Shown: positions 18,763 to 28,954, counted from the stretch's first letter. The stretch: 64,000 nucleotides of DNA from an uncultured Christensenellaceae bacterium (GCA_910588685.1 CAJUPX010000005.1:28544-92543), one strand, 5' to 3'. The notes: a model not told the origin generated them from the sequence alone. Translations and numbers: made by a program.

Positions 18763-19158
18763 TTATACTCTGCGGCGCTTAGGCGGCCTGCAACCGTTGT
18801 GAGGAACGGGCGAAACGTCGGAAATCAAAGTAATTTCCACGTCGCACGCGCCGATTGCGCGGATAGCCGACTCTCTGCCCGCACCGGGACCTTTTACGTA
18901 AACTTCTACCGAACGGAGCCCGTGCTCTTTTGCAGCGCGAACCGCTGTTTCGGTTGCCTGCTGTGCGGCGAACGGCGTGCCCTTTCTCGAGCCCTTGAAG
19001 CCGAGGCTGCCTGCCGACGACCAGCTTATTGCGTTACCGCTTATATCGGTAACAGTTACGAGCGTATTGTTGAAAGAGGATTGAATATGAACCTGACCTT
19101 TATCAACTTTTTTAAGCTCTCTACGTCTTCTTGTAACGACCTTTTTTTGTTGTGCCAT
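18763..19158 (-). CDS. rpsK: 30S ribosomal protein S11
   Basis: [15 protein letters not shown] motif. Confidence 0.95.
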   Translation of the reverse strand: MAQQKKVVTRRRRELKKVDKGQVHIQSSFNNTLVTVTDISGNAISWSSAGSLGFKGSRKGTPFAAQQATETAVRAAKEHGLRSVEVYVKGPGAGRESAIRAIGACDVEITLISDVSPVPHNGCRPPKRRRV

Positions 19159-19169
19159 ATTATACCTCC

Positions 19170-19544
19170 TTACTTAGCGCCCTTTTTCTTTGCTACAGTG
19201 CGGCGGGGACCTTTACGCGTTCTTGCGTTGGTCTTTGTGGACTGTCCGCGAACGGGCAAGCCCTTTCTGTGACGGATACCGCGGTAGCTGCCTATTTCCA
19301 TAAGGCGTTTGATATTGAGCGATACTTCGGTACGGAGTTCGCCCTCAACCCTTAAATTGTGGTCAATGTATTCTCTTAATTTGGATACGGTGGTTTCGTC
19401 GAGATCCTTAACGCGCGTGTCAGGGTCTACGCCCGTTGCGGCAAGAATCTTTTGCGACGTTTTGAGACCGATACCGTAAATATAGGTGAGTCCTATTTCA
19501 ACTCTCTTTTCTCTGGGTAAATCTACACCGGCAATACGTGCCAT
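19170..19544 (-). CDS. rpsM: 30S ribosomal protein S13
   Basis: [14 protein letters not shown] start. Confidence 0.95.
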   Translation of the reverse strand: MARIAGVDLPREKRVEIGLTYIYGIGLKTSQKILAATGVDPDTRVKDLDETTVSKLREYIDHNLRVEGELRTEVSLNIKRLMEIGSYRGIRHRKGLPVRGQSTKTNARTRKGPRRTVAKKKGAK

Positions 19545-19671
19545 TTTGATTTATTTCCTCCGTTAATATTTTTGTTTTTGTATATATACCGCATAATATC
19601 CCCGTCCGTTTAAGGAATGTGAACGGGAATAACGCGAAATCGTTTTTAAAATTTGCGTGCAGGGCAAATGC

Positions 19672-19835
19672 CTAAAAAACGCAGAGATGCGGTGCTACCA
19701 AGCAGAGCATAAAAACTCAGAGAAGCGAGCAGTTCAAGGCGCACAAACAACGACTGACGGGAGTGTACAAAGACGTACACGACCGAAACGGTGCGCAGTG
19801 CAACGCCGAATTGAGACGCTTATATGAGTTTTTTT
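19672..19835. repeat. Family-1 long-hairpin repeat, copy A (full unit 19711-19835 preceded by a half-unit)
   Basis: Ends AAAAACTCAGAGAAGCG...CGCTTATATGAGTTTTT are inverted repeats. Central hairpin is GTGTAC-AAAGAC-GTACAC. The unit ends 3 nt from the rpmJ stop. Confidence 0.75.
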
Positions 19836-19837
19836 AA

Positions 19838-19954
19838 TTAGCCCTGGCGCTGCTTATGCGACTTATTCTTGGAACAAATCACCATAACTTTGCCGTTTCT
19901 TTTAATAACTTTGCATTTATCGCACATAGGCTTTACAGAAGGTCTGACTTTCAT
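19838..19954 (-). CDS. rpmJ: 50S ribosomal protein L36
   Basis: Own translation: [38 protein letters not shown] (38 aa). Too short to appear in the ORF track. Confidence 0.9.
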   Translation of the reverse strand: MKVRPSVKPMCDKCKVIKRNGKVMVICSKNKSHKQRQG

Positions 19955-20063
19955 AATAAAATTCTCCTTGTATGTTTCGCATAAAGACCGGCGCAGCAAC
20001 GCCGCGGCTTTTTCGATTTGAGGCGATATGCCTCTTATGACCGTTTCAAAACAAACGTAACGT

Positions 20064-20285
20064 TTAGTTTTTGGAACGCCAGGTTATTCTGCCTTTTGTT
20101 AAATCGTAGGGACTCATTTCGAGTTTTACGTTGTCGCCCTCGATTATACGGATATAATTAAGGCGCAGCTTACCGGAAATATAGGCGGTTATCACGTGCC
20201 CGTTGGTAAGCTTTACTTTGAAGTTTGCATTAGGAAGGCACTCGATTACTTTGCCCTCTGTTTCGATAACGTCGTCTTTGGACAT
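20064..20285 (-). CDS. infA: Translation initiation factor IF-1
   Basis: 73 aa with an S1-like fold: [16 protein letters not shown]. Confidence 0.95.
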   Translation of the reverse strand: MSKDDVIETEGKVIECLPNANFKVKLTNGHVITAYISGKLRLNYIRIIEGDNVKLEMSPYDLTKGRITWRSKN

Positions 20286-20288
20286 TAT

Positions 20289-20597
20289 TTACTCCTTATT
20301 TGACTTAATTTCGCCCGAATCGGGTTTGGGATAATTATAGCTTTTGAGCGCAGAATAGATTTCCGTATCGAAAACCTGTCTGCCGTCCAGAATTTTAGCG
20401 CCTATCGATTCCGATTTTTCGGGTAAAAGATATAGATGTTTTACGTTCTTTTTTTTGGGCGATTGCAGCTTTTTGAAATTGCCGTCGGTTAAGTACACAA
20501 CGTCGTTTTCAATAGCGCAAATAATATAATACCTGCCCTCGTCTCTGCCTTGGGTGCTTTTGCAAATGCCGCCTATGACAGGAGTTTTAAGTTTCAT
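20289..20597 (-). CDS. KOW-domain RNA-binding protein (map-infA intergenic gene typical of Clostridia)
   Basis: GRDEGRYYIIC KOW-like motif. Conserved position between map and infA. Confidence 0.65.
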   Translation of the reverse strand: MKLKTPVIGGICKSTQGRDEGRYYIICAIENDVVYLTDGNFKKLQSPKKKNVKHLYLLPEKSESIGAKILDGRQVFDTEIYSALKSYNYPKPDSGEIKSNKE

Positions 20598-20613
20598 AAA
20601 TTCCCTTTTTAAA

Positions 20614-21360
20614 TCAGAGCGTTAAAATTTCTACGCCGTCCTCTTTAATAAGTACGGTATTTTCATAATGAGCCGCGGGCTTTCCGTCCGCCGTTGTAAC
20701 CGTCCAGCCGTCCGCGTGATTCATATTGACTTTGTAAGTGCCCATATTTATCATAGGCTCTATACAGATGGTCATTCCGGCTTTGAGCCGCATACCCGCG
20801 CCGCGCCTGCCGTAGTTGGGAACGGAGGGGTCTTCGTGCATTTGTCTGCCGATACCGTGCCCCGTAAGCGCTCTCACCACGCCGTAGCCGTTGGCTTCCG
20901 CGTGAGTCTGCACCGCGTGTCCTATATTGAACAGGGGAACGCCCGCCTGCAAACCCTCTACCGCTTTGAAAAAACACTCCTCGGTTACTCTGACGAGCCG
21001 CCTTTTCTCTTCCGACACGTTGCCGATAAGAAAGGTTCTCGCCGCGTCGCCGTGAAATCCGTTTTTTTCGGCGGTTATGTCAACGCTTACTATGTCGCCG
21101 TCGAGCAAAACCCGGTCGCCGGGTATACCGTGCACGACAACTTCGTTGACCGATACGCAGGAACTCGCGGGATAACCCTCGTAGCCGAGCTCCGACGGAT
21201 ATGCGCCGCAGGACGTTATATACTTGTTTACAAGCGTATCCACGTCTTTGGTAGTCATACCAGCGCAAATATTCTTGCCTACAAATTCGAGCGTTTCTTT
21301 GACTATGCGGCAACTCTCGCGCATATAGGCGATTTCCTGCTCGCTTTTTACGGTAAACAT
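20614..21360 (-). CDS. map: Type I methionine aminopeptidase
   Basis: Metal ligands D..D..H..E..E within VHGIP, DIVSVD, GHGIG and IEPM segments. Confidence 0.95.
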   Translation of the reverse strand: MFTVKSEQEIAYMRESCRIVKETLEFVGKNICAGMTTKDVDTLVNKYITSCGAYPSELGYEGYPASSCVSVNEVVVHGIPGDRVLLDGDIVSVDITAEKNGFHGDAARTFLIGNVSEEKRRLVRVTEECFFKAVEGLQAGVPLFNIGHAVQTHAEANGYGVVRALTGHGIGRQMHEDPSVPNYGRRGAGMRLKAGMTICIEPMINMGTYKVNMNHADGWTVTTADGKPAAHYENTVLIKEDGVEILTL

Positions 21361-21983
21361 CAGTGACCCAAAACCTTGCAGATTTGTTCAAAAACAAGGT
21401 CGGGGCTGCCCTCGCCGCTCTTTACAACCGCAAGCTTGCCCTGCGCTTTGTAGTAGTCGATAAGCGGCGCCGTCTGGGTATTGTAGGTATCGAGCCTTGC
21501 CTTTACCGTTTCGGGATTGTCGTCCGCACGCTGATAGAGCTCTTTTCCGCATTTTGCGCACGTCGTCGCGCCGTTTAAGGTTGAAACGTGGTAGCTTTCG
21601 CCGCAGGAGCAAACGCGTCTGCCGCAAATTCTGTCCATCAGAAGCGCTTCTTCAACGTCGATATTGAGGCATAAATCTATGTGCGCGAATTTATCGAGCT
21701 CCTGCGCCTGAAACAGGTTGCGGGGAAAACCGTCGAGCATATAGCCGTGACGTGCGTCGTCCCAGGTAAGTCTGTCCTTTACAATATCGCAGGTTACAGA
21801 ATCGGGAACGAGCTTGCCCGCGTCTATATACGACTTGGCGATTTTACCTATCTCCGTGCCGCCCTTGATATTGGCGCGGAAAATGTCGCCGGTGGATATA
21901 TGAAGTAATTTGTATTTTCCGGCAATTTTACTTGCCTGCGTTCCCTTGCCTGCGCCGGGAGCGCCGAGTAATATAATGTTCAT
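21360..21983 (-). CDS. adk: Adenylate kinase (zinc-lid type)
   Basis: GAPGAGKGTQ P-loop. Lid with CSCG...CAKCG. Confidence 0.95.
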   Translation of the reverse strand: MNIILLGAPGAGKGTQASKIAGKYKLLHISTGDIFRANIKGGTEIGKIAKSYIDAGKLVPDSVTCDIVKDRLTWDDARHGYMLDGFPRNLFQAQELDKFAHIDLCLNIDVEEALLMDRICGRRVCSCGESYHVSTLNGATTCAKCGKELYQRADDNPETVKARLDTYNTQTAPLIDYYKAQGKLAVVKSGEGSPDLVFEQICKVLGH

Positions 21984-22000
21984 AAATTAATTAATTTTAT

Positions 22001-22158
22001 AAAACTCAAACGAGCAGAACATAACCACCCGTTGTTATAAAACGCAGAGAAGCGAGCAGAACGAGGAGCGTGAGCATTGACCGAAAGGAGTGTACATAGG
22101 CGTACACAACTGAGGCAAGCGGAACGCGACAAAGTTATACGACGCTTATATGCGTTTT
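22001..22158. repeat. Family-1 long-hairpin repeat, copy B (full unit 22039-22158 preceded by a half-unit)
   Basis: Ends AAAACGCAGAGAAGCG...CGCTTATATGCGTTTT. Central hairpin GTGTAC-ATAGGC-GTACAC. Lies in the secY-adk spacer. Confidence 0.75.
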
Positions 22159-22176
22159 GCGGGAGCAAAAGGATTT

Positions 22177-23547
22177 TTATTTTAAAAATCCTTTATAATT
22201 CTTCATCATAAGCTGCGACTCGAGCTGCTTATCAAGCTCTAACGCAACCGAAACTACGATGAGGATACCCGTTGTGGAGAACACCGACAGAAGGGAAATA
22301 TCCGGAACGCCGACGCCCGTTAATATCATTGAAAGTATTGACGGAATAAACGCGACGAGCGAGAGATAAATTGCGCCGAAAAGCGTTATTCTGTTGGAAA
22401 TTTTCTTTAAATAGTCCGCGGTGGGTTTGCCGGGGCGTATGCTCTTTAACGTACCGCCGTTCTGCTGAATGGTCCTCGAAACTTCGTCGGGGTCAAACTG
22501 CATCGACTGATAGAAGAACGCGAAAGCAAATATAAGAAGGCAAAGAATTACCATATATATAAGCTGACCGTACCAAGCCGTGGAAGAACCCGAGAACCAT
22601 TTTGCAAGCCAGTTGGCAAAGCCGCTTTCCGGCCAGAAAAGACTGGTGAGCATCTGGGGGAAAGAGATAAGCGCAAACGCGAAGATTAAAGGCATAACGC
22701 CGGAACCGGATATACGCATAGGGATAACCGAAGTTTGTCCGCCGTACATCTTTCTGCCCTTGACCTGTTTTGCATACGTTACGGGTATTTTTCTCTCCGA
22801 TAAGTCTACGGTTACTATAGCCGCAAACTCGACTACCGTAAGGATTACAAACCCTATAAGAACCCAAAGCGAAGTTAAATTACCTTTAAAAACGTCAACG
22901 AATTTGTCTACTATTGCAAGACCCGCAGTAGAAAGTATACCCACGAAAATAAGTATGGATATACCGTTTGAAATTCCGTACTCGGTAATTCTCTCGCCTA
23001 TCCACATTACGAGCATTGCGCCCGCAGTATACACGACCGCGAGGAAGAAACCGGCTATAATTTTTGCGCCGAGCTCGCTTACGATGCTCTTGGAGGGGTC
23101 GTTTACGAAATATCCGAACGTTTCAAGTCTTATAGCGTCGCCCTGAATACCGAAGTTTACGATTATACCTATCGCCTGTGCAATAGCAAGGGCAATGGTT
23201 ACGTAACGGGTTATCTGCGCGATTTTCTTTCTGCCCTCTTCGCCCTGTTTGGAAAGACGCTCGAGGGGAGGAATACCTACCGTCAACAGCTGGATAATAA
23301 TCGAAGCGTTGATATAAGGGCTTATACCGAGTGCAAACAGCGTTGCGTTCTGCAACGAGTCGCCCGTTATGGACGATAAAAGTCCTAAAAAGCTGTTGGA
23401 CTCTATCGCCGTTTTGAATTGACCTACTTCTATGCCCGGTACGGGGATATAGCAGCCCAAACGGAAGATGAGAAGAAGCAATAAGGTTATCCAGATCTTC
23501 TTTCTTATCTCCTTTATTTTAAAACACTTCTTTATTGTTTCAAACAT
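22177..23547 (-). CDS. secY: Preprotein translocase subunit SecY
   Basis: 10-TM profile, GISPYI motif, and position between rplO and adk. Confidence 0.95.
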   Translation of the reverse strand: MFETIKKCFKIKEIRKKIWITLLLLLIFRLGCYIPVPGIEVGQFKTAIESNSFLGLLSSITGDSLQNATLFALGISPYINASIIIQLLTVGIPPLERLSKQGEEGRKKIAQITRYVTIALAIAQAIGIIVNFGIQGDAIRLETFGYFVNDPSKSIVSELGAKIIAGFFLAVVYTAGAMLVMWIGERITEYGISNGISILIFVGILSTAGLAIVDKFVDVFKGNLTSLWVLIGFVILTVVEFAAIVTVDLSERKIPVTYAKQVKGRKMYGGQTSVIPMRISGSGVMPLIFAFALISFPQMLTSLFWPESGFANWLAKWFSGSSTAWYGQLIYMVILCLLIFAFAFFYQSMQFDPDEVSRTIQQNGGTLKSIRPGKPTADYLKKISNRITLFGAIYLSLVAFIPSILSMILTGVGVPDISLLSVFSTTGILIVVSVALELDKQLESQLMMKNYKGFLK

Positions 23548-23593
23548 CTTGTACCTCTTTTAAAAGCGGTGCCGGGATAAACTAATTAATATC

Positions 23594-24043
23594 TCAGCCG
23601 ATTGTTTCGCAAGTGCCGCCGGCTTTTTCAATTGCCTCTTTAGCGCTTGCGGAGAATTTTGCAGCCTTGACGGTGAGAGCAACTTTAACCTCTCCCGTGC
23701 CTAAAACCTTGAGCCCTGCGGAGTTTTTAACCGCCTTGCAGAGTCCGTTTTCCGATACGTATGCAAAATCAACTACCGTACCCGCGGGTACTTTTTCAAG
23801 TTGGCTCAAATTGATTACGGTGTAAACCGTAGCCCACTTGTTGTGGAAGCCGCGTTTGGGAATTCTTCTTGCAAGAGGCATCTGACCGCCCTCGAAACCG
23901 GGACGTACGCCGCCGCCTGAACGTGCCCACTGACCTTTATGTCCTTTGCCGGAGGTTTTGCCCGTTCCCGAGCCGATACCTCTGCCAAGTCTTTTAACCG
24001 GCTTTGTTGCACCCTCTGCGGGTGATAAAGTATCTATTCTCAT
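23594..24043 (-). CDS. rplO: 50S ribosomal protein L15
   Basis: RLGRGIGSGTGKTSGKGHKGQ motif. Confidence 0.95.
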   Translation of the reverse strand: MRIDTLSPAEGATKPVKRLGRGIGSGTGKTSGKGHKGQWARSGGGVRPGFEGGQMPLARRIPKRGFHNKWATVYTVINLSQLEKVPAGTVVDFAYVSENGLCKAVKNSAGLKVLGTGEVKVALTVKAAKFSASAKEAIEKAGGTCETIG

Positions 24044-24173
24044 AAAAATCTCCTTTTCGTGAAAATCTCGGTAAAACCTCGATTATTCACGAGATTGCTG
24101 CAGTCGTAAAACGCTTTACGGCGGAAATAAATCCCGCCTTGCGTTTTTCGCGCAAACAATTTATTAATTCTCC

Positions 24174-24347
24174 TTAAACCTTTTCAACCTTTACGAGGTG
24201 GGAAACCTTTTTAAGCTGACCCATATTTGCGGGTGTTTCCTCCAAGGTTCTGGATTGACGTATTTTTTTAAGTCCGAGCGCGGCAACCGTAGCTTTTACG
24301 GATTCAATTTCGCCGATTACGCTCTTTACTAACGTTACTTTAACCAT
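24174..24347 (-). CDS. rpmD: 50S ribosomal protein L30
   Basis: Own translation: MVKVTLVKSVIGEIESVKATVAALGLKKIRQSRTLEETPANMGQLKKVSHLVKVEKV (57 aa). Too short to appear in the ORF track. Confidence 0.9.
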   Translation of the reverse strand: MVKVTLVKSVIGEIESVKATVAALGLKKIRQSRTLEETPANMGQLKKVSHLVKVEKV

Positions 24348-24358
24348 AAATTGCCTCC

Positions 24359-24892
24359 TTATTTAAGCTCGTCTACGCTCTTTCCGCGTGCCGCAGCAAT
24401 CTCTTCGGGAGATTTAAGCTCGTAAAGTCCGTATACAGCCGCTTTTACGCAGTTGATGGGGTTGGACGTTCCGTGCGACTTGGTTCTTACGTCTTTAACG
24501 CCTGCAGCCTCCATAACCGCACGGACGGGACCGCCCGCTATAACGCCGGTACCTTCTGCGGCGGGCATCATAAGCACGCTGCCTCTGCCGAAAGTGCCGA
24601 GCACGGTATGGGGAATTGACGTTTCGCTGAGAGCAACCTTTTTCATATTTCTCTTAGCCTGAGCGTTAGCTTTTTCGATTGCATCGGGAACTTCCTTGCT
24701 TTTGCCCATTCCGTAGCCTACGGAGCCCTTGCCGTCGCCCACTACTACGAGCGCGGCGAAACGCATATTTCTGCCGCCTTTAACGGTTTTGGATACTCTG
24801 TTAACCTGAATGAGCTTTTTGATTAAGCCGTCGTCCTCCTGCCTTCTTCTATCATTATTTCTTCTTGCAGGTCTTTCTTTCCTTTCTTCCAT
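24359..24892 (-). CDS. rpsE: 30S ribosomal protein S5
   Basis: [16 protein letters not shown] motif. Start set at MEERKE (ATG 24890-24892), downstream of the rplR stop; the tracked ORF is over-extended. Confidence 0.93.
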   Translation of the reverse strand: MEERKERPARRNNDRRRQEDDGLIKKLIQVNRVSKTVKGGRNMRFAALVVVGDGKGSVGYGMGKSKEVPDAIEKANAQAKRNMKKVALSETSIPHTVLGTFGRGSVLMMPAAEGTGVIAGGPVRAVMEAAGVKDVRTKSHGTSNPINCVKAAVYGLYELKSPEEIAAARGKSVDELK

Positions 24893-24902
24893 AATAAGCT
24901 CC

Positions 24903-25271
24903 TTAGAAATTGAGTCCGGCTTCTCTTGCGCCGTCTGCCACTGCCTGTACGCGTCCGGTATAGAGGTATCCGCCTCTGTCGAAAACAACCGTTTCGATAC
25001 CGAGCTTTTTAGCCTTGGCTGCAACTGCCTTGCCGACTTCCTTAGCGGCGTCGGTCTTGGACATATCGCCTATCTTTGCCTTTACTTCCTTTTCCATTGT
25101 GGAAGCCGAGCAAAGCGTAACGCCTTTAACGTCGTCTATTACCTGAGCATAAATGTGATTAAGGCTTCTGTAAACGCTGAGACGGGGACTTTCCGCCGTG
25201 CCCTTTATCTTTTTGCGGACGCGCGCGTGTCTTCTCAGACGCTCTTCGTTTTTATCGATTTTTTTAATCAT
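24903..25271 (-). CDS. rplR: 50S ribosomal protein L18
   Basis: [12 protein letters not shown]...PRL.V.RS motif. Start at MIKKID with RBS GGAGAT. Confidence 0.93.
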   Translation of the reverse strand: MIKKIDKNEERLRRHARVRKKIKGTAESPRLSVYRSLNHIYAQVIDDVKGVTLCSASTMEKEVKAKIGDMSKTDAAKEVGKAVAAKAKKLGIETVVFDRGGYLYTGRVQAVADGAREAGLNF

Positions 25272-25334
25272 AATATCTCCTTTAAGCAAGCAACCCTACC
25301 GGGTTTTTGTTCGCATCGGGATTATCCCGCGGAA

Positions 25335-25883
25335 TTACTTCTTGCCCTTGCCTCCCGTCTTGCCTTCCTTACGCTCGATTACTTCGTCGGAATAAGCTAT
25401 GCCGTATCCGTGGTAAGGTTCGGGAATTCTGAGTTTTCTTATGTTTGCGGCTACCTGACCGACAGCCGTTTTGTCTATGCCGGAAACAACGATTTCGTTG
25501 GGGCCGGGGCATTCTAACTTAACGCCGTCCGATTCAACGAAGTCAACGGGGTGCGAGAAACCAATGTTCAATACGATTTTGTTGCCCTGTTTTGCAACCT
25601 TCCAGCCTACGCCGTGTACTTTGAGCGACTTTTTGTAGCCCTCGGACACGCCTACTACCATATTGTGAAGAAGCGCGCGGTACAGTCCGTGTTTTGCGTC
25701 TGTGCCTGCCTTTTCGCTCGTTTTTAATACGTGGGCAACGCCCGCTTCAACTTTTATATCGATATCGCCTACGACTTGCTGCGTGAGCGTACCCTTAGAA
25801 CCCTTTACTGTCAAGAGCCCGTTTTCAAACGTTACGGAAACTCCTGCGGGCAGAGCTACGGGTAATTTACCAATTCTTGACAT
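25335..25883 (-). CDS. rplF: 50S ribosomal protein L6
   Basis: MSRIGKLPV start; 182 aa. Confidence 0.95.
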   Translation of the reverse strand: MSRIGKLPVALPAGVSVTFENGLLTVKGSKGTLTQQVVGDIDIKVEAGVAHVLKTSEKAGTDAKHGLYRALLHNMVVGVSEGYKKSLKVHGVGWKVAKQGNKIVLNIGFSHPVDFVESDGVKLECPGPNEIVVSGIDKTAVGQVAANIRKLRIPEPYHGYGIAYSDEVIERKEGKTGGKGKK

Positions 25884-25895
25884 ATAATTACCTCC

Positions 25896-26288
25896 TTACC
25901 AGATGTAGCACAGCAATTCGCCGCCTACGTTCTGAGCTTTTGCCTGCTTATCCGTGAGTATTCCTTTATTTGTGGAAAGTATGGCAATTCCGAGTCCGTC
26001 CATAACCCTGGGCATTTTTTCCACGTCGGAATAAACGCGCAGACCGGGACGGGATACTCTCTTTAACCCGTTTATTACGGGCTTTTTCTTACCGGAGTAT
26101 TTAAGAGTTAAAACCAACTTTCCGTTAAATTCGTCTTTTTCAAGTTTTACGTCGGAAACGTATCCCTCGGCAAGCATAATCTCAGCTATTGCCTTTTTCA
26201 TATTGGATGAGGGAATCTCAACCGTCTCCTTATTAGCCGCGAGAGCGTTTCTCACGCGGGTGAGCATATCTGCGATGGGATCTGTCAT
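25896..26288 (-). CDS. rpsH: 30S ribosomal protein S8
   Basis: [15 protein letters not shown] start. Confidence 0.95.
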   Translation of the reverse strand: MTDPIADMLTRVRNALAANKETVEIPSSNMKKAIAEIMLAEGYVSDVKLEKDEFNGKLVLTLKYSGKKKPVINGLKRVSRPGLRVYSDVEKMPRVMDGLGIAILSTNKGILTDKQAKAQNVGGELLCYIW

Positions 26289-26303
26289 TTTATTCTCCTC
26301 CTA

Positions 26304-26489
26304 TTACCAGCTCGACTTTTTAACGCCGGGAATCTGTCCCTTGTAAGCAAGATTTCTGAAACAGATACGGCACACGCCGTACTTTCTGAGTACCGCGTGC
26401 GGTCTGCCGCAGATGGAGCATCTCGTATAAGCTCTCGTTGAGTATTTAGCAGGTCTTTGCTGCTTGTTTATCATTGATTTCTTTGCCAT
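26304..26489 (-). CDS. rpsZ: 30S ribosomal protein S14, type Z (zinc-binding)
   Basis: 61 aa with CSICGRP...CRIC. Confidence 0.95.
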   Translation of the reverse strand: MAKKSMINKQQRPAKYSTRAYTRCSICGRPHAVLRKYGVCRICFRNLAYKGQIPGVKKSSW

Positions 26490-26498
26490 ATTTACTCC

Positions 26499-27341
26499 TT
26501 ACTTCTTAAAGGGCATTCCCATAGCCCTTAAAAGCTCTCTTGCTTCTTCGTCCGTATTTGCAGTGGTTACTATGCAAATATCCATACCCCTGATTTTCTC
26601 AACCTGGTCGTACTGAATTTCGGGGAATATAAGCTGTTCCTTAATACCCATACAGTAGTTTCCCCTGCCGTCGAAACTGTCGGCGGGCACGCCCCTGAAG
26701 TCGCGCACGCGGGGGAGAGCTATGGATACGAACTTGTCGTAGAAATCGCACATCATCTTGCCGCGGAGCGTAACTTTAAGTCCTATGGGCATTCCCTCGC
26801 GGACTTTGAAGTTAGCAACCGATTTTTTAGCTTTGCAGAGAATGGGTTGCTGTCCGGTAATCTGCTTCAACTCGTTCTGCGCAATCTGAATGGATTTGGA
26901 GTTGTCCTTTATGTCGCCGAGACCCGAGCTGATAATAATCTTAACGATTTTAGGTACCTGCATAGGGTTCTTGTAACCGAATTTAGCCACAAGCGCAGGC
27001 ACAGCCTGCTTTTCGTACATCTCCTGTATTCTCGACGAATATACTTTTTCGGCTTTGGGAGCTTTTGCCTTTTTTCCGGCGGCAGGCTTTTTAACCTCAG
27101 CCTCAGGCGCCTTTTCAGCGGGAGCTTTTGCAGCGGCGGGCTTTTTAGCCGCAGCCGGCTTCTTCTCCGCAGCGGGTTTTTCGGCAGCTACGCTCTTTTT
27201 AGCTGCGGCGGGTTTCTTTTCTGCCGCGGGCTTTTCAGCTGTTTCGCTCTTTTTAGCCGTTGTTGTCTTTTTTACGGCGGGCTTTTTAACCTCTTCGGTT
27301 TGCGCCGCTTTTACTTCCGTTTCCGTTTTCTTAGTAGCCAA
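26499..27341 (-). CDS. rplE: 50S ribosomal protein L5 with an approximately 95-aa Lys/Ala/Pro-rich N-terminal extension
   Basis: The C-terminal 180 aa are canonical L5 (MQVPKI.KI, GNY..GI.EQ.IFPEI). The ORF stays open upstream to a TTG at 27339-27341 with RBS GGAGGTG 5 nt away. No usable start exists at the canonical position. Confidence 0.8.
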   Translation of the reverse strand: MATKKTETEVKAAQTEEVKKPAVKKTTTAKKSETAEKPAAEKKPAAAKKSVAAEKPAAEKKPAAAKKPAAAKAPAEKAPEAEVKKPAAGKKAKAPKAEKVYSSRIQEMYEKQAVPALVAKFGYKNPMQVPKIVKIIISSGLGDIKDNSKSIQIAQNELKQITGQQPILCKAKKSVANFKVREGMPIGLKVTLRGKMMCDFYDKFVSIALPRVRDFRGVPADSFDGRGNYCMGIKEQLIFPEIQYDQVEKIRGMDICIVTTANTDEEARELLRAMGMPFKK

Positions 27342-27352
27342 CTCGCACCTCC

Positions 27353-27781
27353 TTATTCAGCCTTGTCGCCCGTTTCTTCGGGTGCGGCTTCTTCTTTCTT
27401 GGCGCGTTTTCTTACGCGCTTTTTGGGTTCCGCAGCCTTTGCAGCGGTTTTAGCGCCCTTGCCCGCATACGCCTTATCTAACGTTGCGCCGCATTTGGGG
27501 CATACCCTGTGTTTTTTACCCTCGACTACGGAGTATTTTACTCTTATAGCCTTGGAGCACGAATCGCAAACTACCATTACGTTGGAAACGTCTATGGGCG
27601 CTTCTTTTTCAACGATTTGCGAAACTTCGTTCGCCTTTCTCGCTTTCTGCGCCTTTTTACGCACGTTTACGCCTTCTACGGTTACTCTGCCGCTTTTGGG
27701 AGAAGTGGCAACTACTTTGCCCTGCTTGCCCGCATACTTACCGGTGATAACCACTACATTATCATTCAATTTTACGTTCAT
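27353..27781 (-). CDS. rplX: 50S ribosomal protein L24 with a Cys4 motif and a basic C-terminal tail
   Basis: KOW motif [10 protein letters not shown]. The C-terminus carries CDSC...CPKC and then about 40 K/A/E-rich residues (142 aa, versus about 103 aa typical). Confidence 0.9.
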   Translation of the reverse strand: MNVKLNDNVVVITGKYAGKQGKVVATSPKSGRVTVEGVNVRKKAQKARKANEVSQIVEKEAPIDVSNVMVVCDSCSKAIRVKYSVVEGKKHRVCPKCGATLDKAYAGKGAKTAAKAAEPKKRVRKRAKKEEAAPEETGDKAE

Positions 27782-27795
27782 AGCTTTCTCCTTAA

Positions 27796-28164
27796 TTACA
27801 GCACTTCGGGTGCGAGGGAAATAATTTTCATATAATTCTTCTCGCGAAGTTCCCTTGCAATCGGTCCGAAGATACGCGTGCCGCGCGGTTCTTTATTTGT
27901 GTTGATAATTACGGCTGCGTTGTCGTCGAAACGGATATACGTTCCGTCGTCGCGTCTTATGCCTTTTTTGGTGCGTACTATAACGGCTTTAACTACTTCG
28001 CCTTTCTTTACCGCGCCGCCGGGTGCAGCCGTTTTTACCGAGCAGACGATAACGTCGCCTATGTTGGCAAATTTACGGAAGCTTCCGCCGAGCACTTTTA
28101 CGCACATAAGCTCTTTTGCGCCGCTGTTGTCCGCGGCTTTGAGCCTCGTTTGAGGTTGTATCAT
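27796..28164 (-). CDS. rplN: 50S ribosomal protein L14
   Basis: [17 protein letters not shown] start, set at ATG 28162-28164 with RBS AGGAGA. The tracked ORF is over-extended. Confidence 0.95.
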   Translation of the reverse strand: MIQPQTRLKAADNSGAKELMCVKVLGGSFRKFANIGDVIVCSVKTAAPGGAVKKGEVVKAVIVRTKKGIRRDDGTYIRFDDNAAVIINTNKEPRGTRIFGPIARELREKNYMKIISLAPEVL

Positions 28165-28329
28165 AAAAATTCTCCTATTTTTGAACTTACAACTTGTCTG
28201 ACGGCTGAATATTTCCGCCAAACTTTTTTAAGAGGATTGTTCCCCGTATACATAAGCGAAGTTGAGCGCCCCGCTCTCCATTATACGGCGGTTACAATCA
28301 TTACACCGGGTATATCATAACCCAAATCT

Positions 28330-28486
28330 ATAAAATGCGGAGAAGCGAGTTGCCCCGACTCCCCTAAAAACTCAGAGAAGCAAGCAAGACAAGGAAAGCG
28401 AGGAAACCCCGAGGGAGTTCACTATGCGTAAATGACCGAGGGTTGCCGCAACTTGACAATGTATTGCGTAGCTTATATGAGTTTTT
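28330..28486. repeat. Family-1 long-hairpin repeat, copy C (full unit 28366-28486 preceded by a half-unit)
   Basis: Ends AAAAACTCAGAGAAGCA...GCTTATATGAGTTTTT. Core is CCGAGGGAGTTCACTATGCGTAAATGACCGAGGG. The unit ends 2 nt from the rpsQ stop. Confidence 0.75.
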
Positions 28487-28487
28487 A

Positions 28488-28748
28488 TTATTTTGCTTTT
28501 TCGATAATTTCCGCAACGCGCCAATTCTTATCCTTGGACAGCTTGCGCGTTTCTACTATTCTTACCGTATCGCCTTCGCCGCACTCGTTGTTTTCGTCGT
28601 GTGCTTTAAAGCGCGTGGTTTTGGTTATAGTCTTTTTATAAAGCGGATGTTTACGGTTTTCTCTTACCGCAACTACAACCGTTTTATCCATTTTGTCGGA
28701 AACAACTATGCCGACTCTTTCCTTTCTGAGCGTGGTTCTGTTTTCCAT
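28488..28748 (-). CDS. rpsQ: 30S ribosomal protein S17
   Basis: [14 protein letters not shown] motif. Confidence 0.95.
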   Translation of the reverse strand: MENRTTLRKERVGIVVSDKMDKTVVVAVRENRKHPLYKKTITKTTRFKAHDENNECGEGDTVRIVETRKLSKDKNWRVAEIIEKAK

Positions 28749-28759
28749 ATTGTTCCTCC

Positions 28760-28954
28760 TTACGCCTTTAACTGCCTTGCGCGGATAACCGTGTTAACTC
28801 TTGCGATATCCTTTTTAACGAGGTTTATCGACATAGGGTTTTCGAGCTGGCTGCTTGCGTGGCGAAAGCGCAGATTGAAAAGTTCGCTTTTGAGTTCCTG
28901 TAATTTTTTCAAGAGCTCTTCATCGCTCAAATTTATTATTTCGTTAGCCTTCAT
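28760..28954 (-). CDS. rpmC: 50S ribosomal protein L29
   Basis: [30 protein letters not shown]. The ATG at 28952-28954 overlaps the rplP end. A TTG at 28972 is an alternative start. Confidence 0.9.
   Translation of the reverse strand: MKANEIINLSDEELLKKLQELKSELFNLRFRHASSQLENPMSINLVKKDIARVNTVIRARQLKA

Noticed and set aside
19750-19790. Hammerhead-ribozyme-like core in the Family-1 repeat (CTGACGGGAG-hairpin-CGACCGAAAC)
   Set aside because: It does not fit the CUGAUGA...GAAA consensus (extra or changed bases). The order of the two boxes is swapped in copy B. C and D have CCGAGGG on both sides.
21980-22168. 62-aa minus-strand ORF in the secY-adk spacer
   Set aside because: It lies entirely within Family-1 repeat copy B. 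The equivalent sequence in other copies is not open in the same frame.
27057-27300. Tandem repeats that might be mistaken for a CRISPR or VNTR locus
   Set aside because: The repeats are in-frame, coding ([15 protein letters not shown] units) and contiguous, with no spacers. No CRISPR array was seen anywhere in the window.
26847-27824. 325-aa plus-strand ORF (and 27055-27453) antisense to rplE/rplX
   Set aside because: It lies opposite highly conserved ribosomal genes. It stays open only because of the low-complexity GC/AG-rich repeat encoding the Lys/Ala/Pro tails. It has no RBS and a Phe/Ser/Leu-rich nonsense composition.
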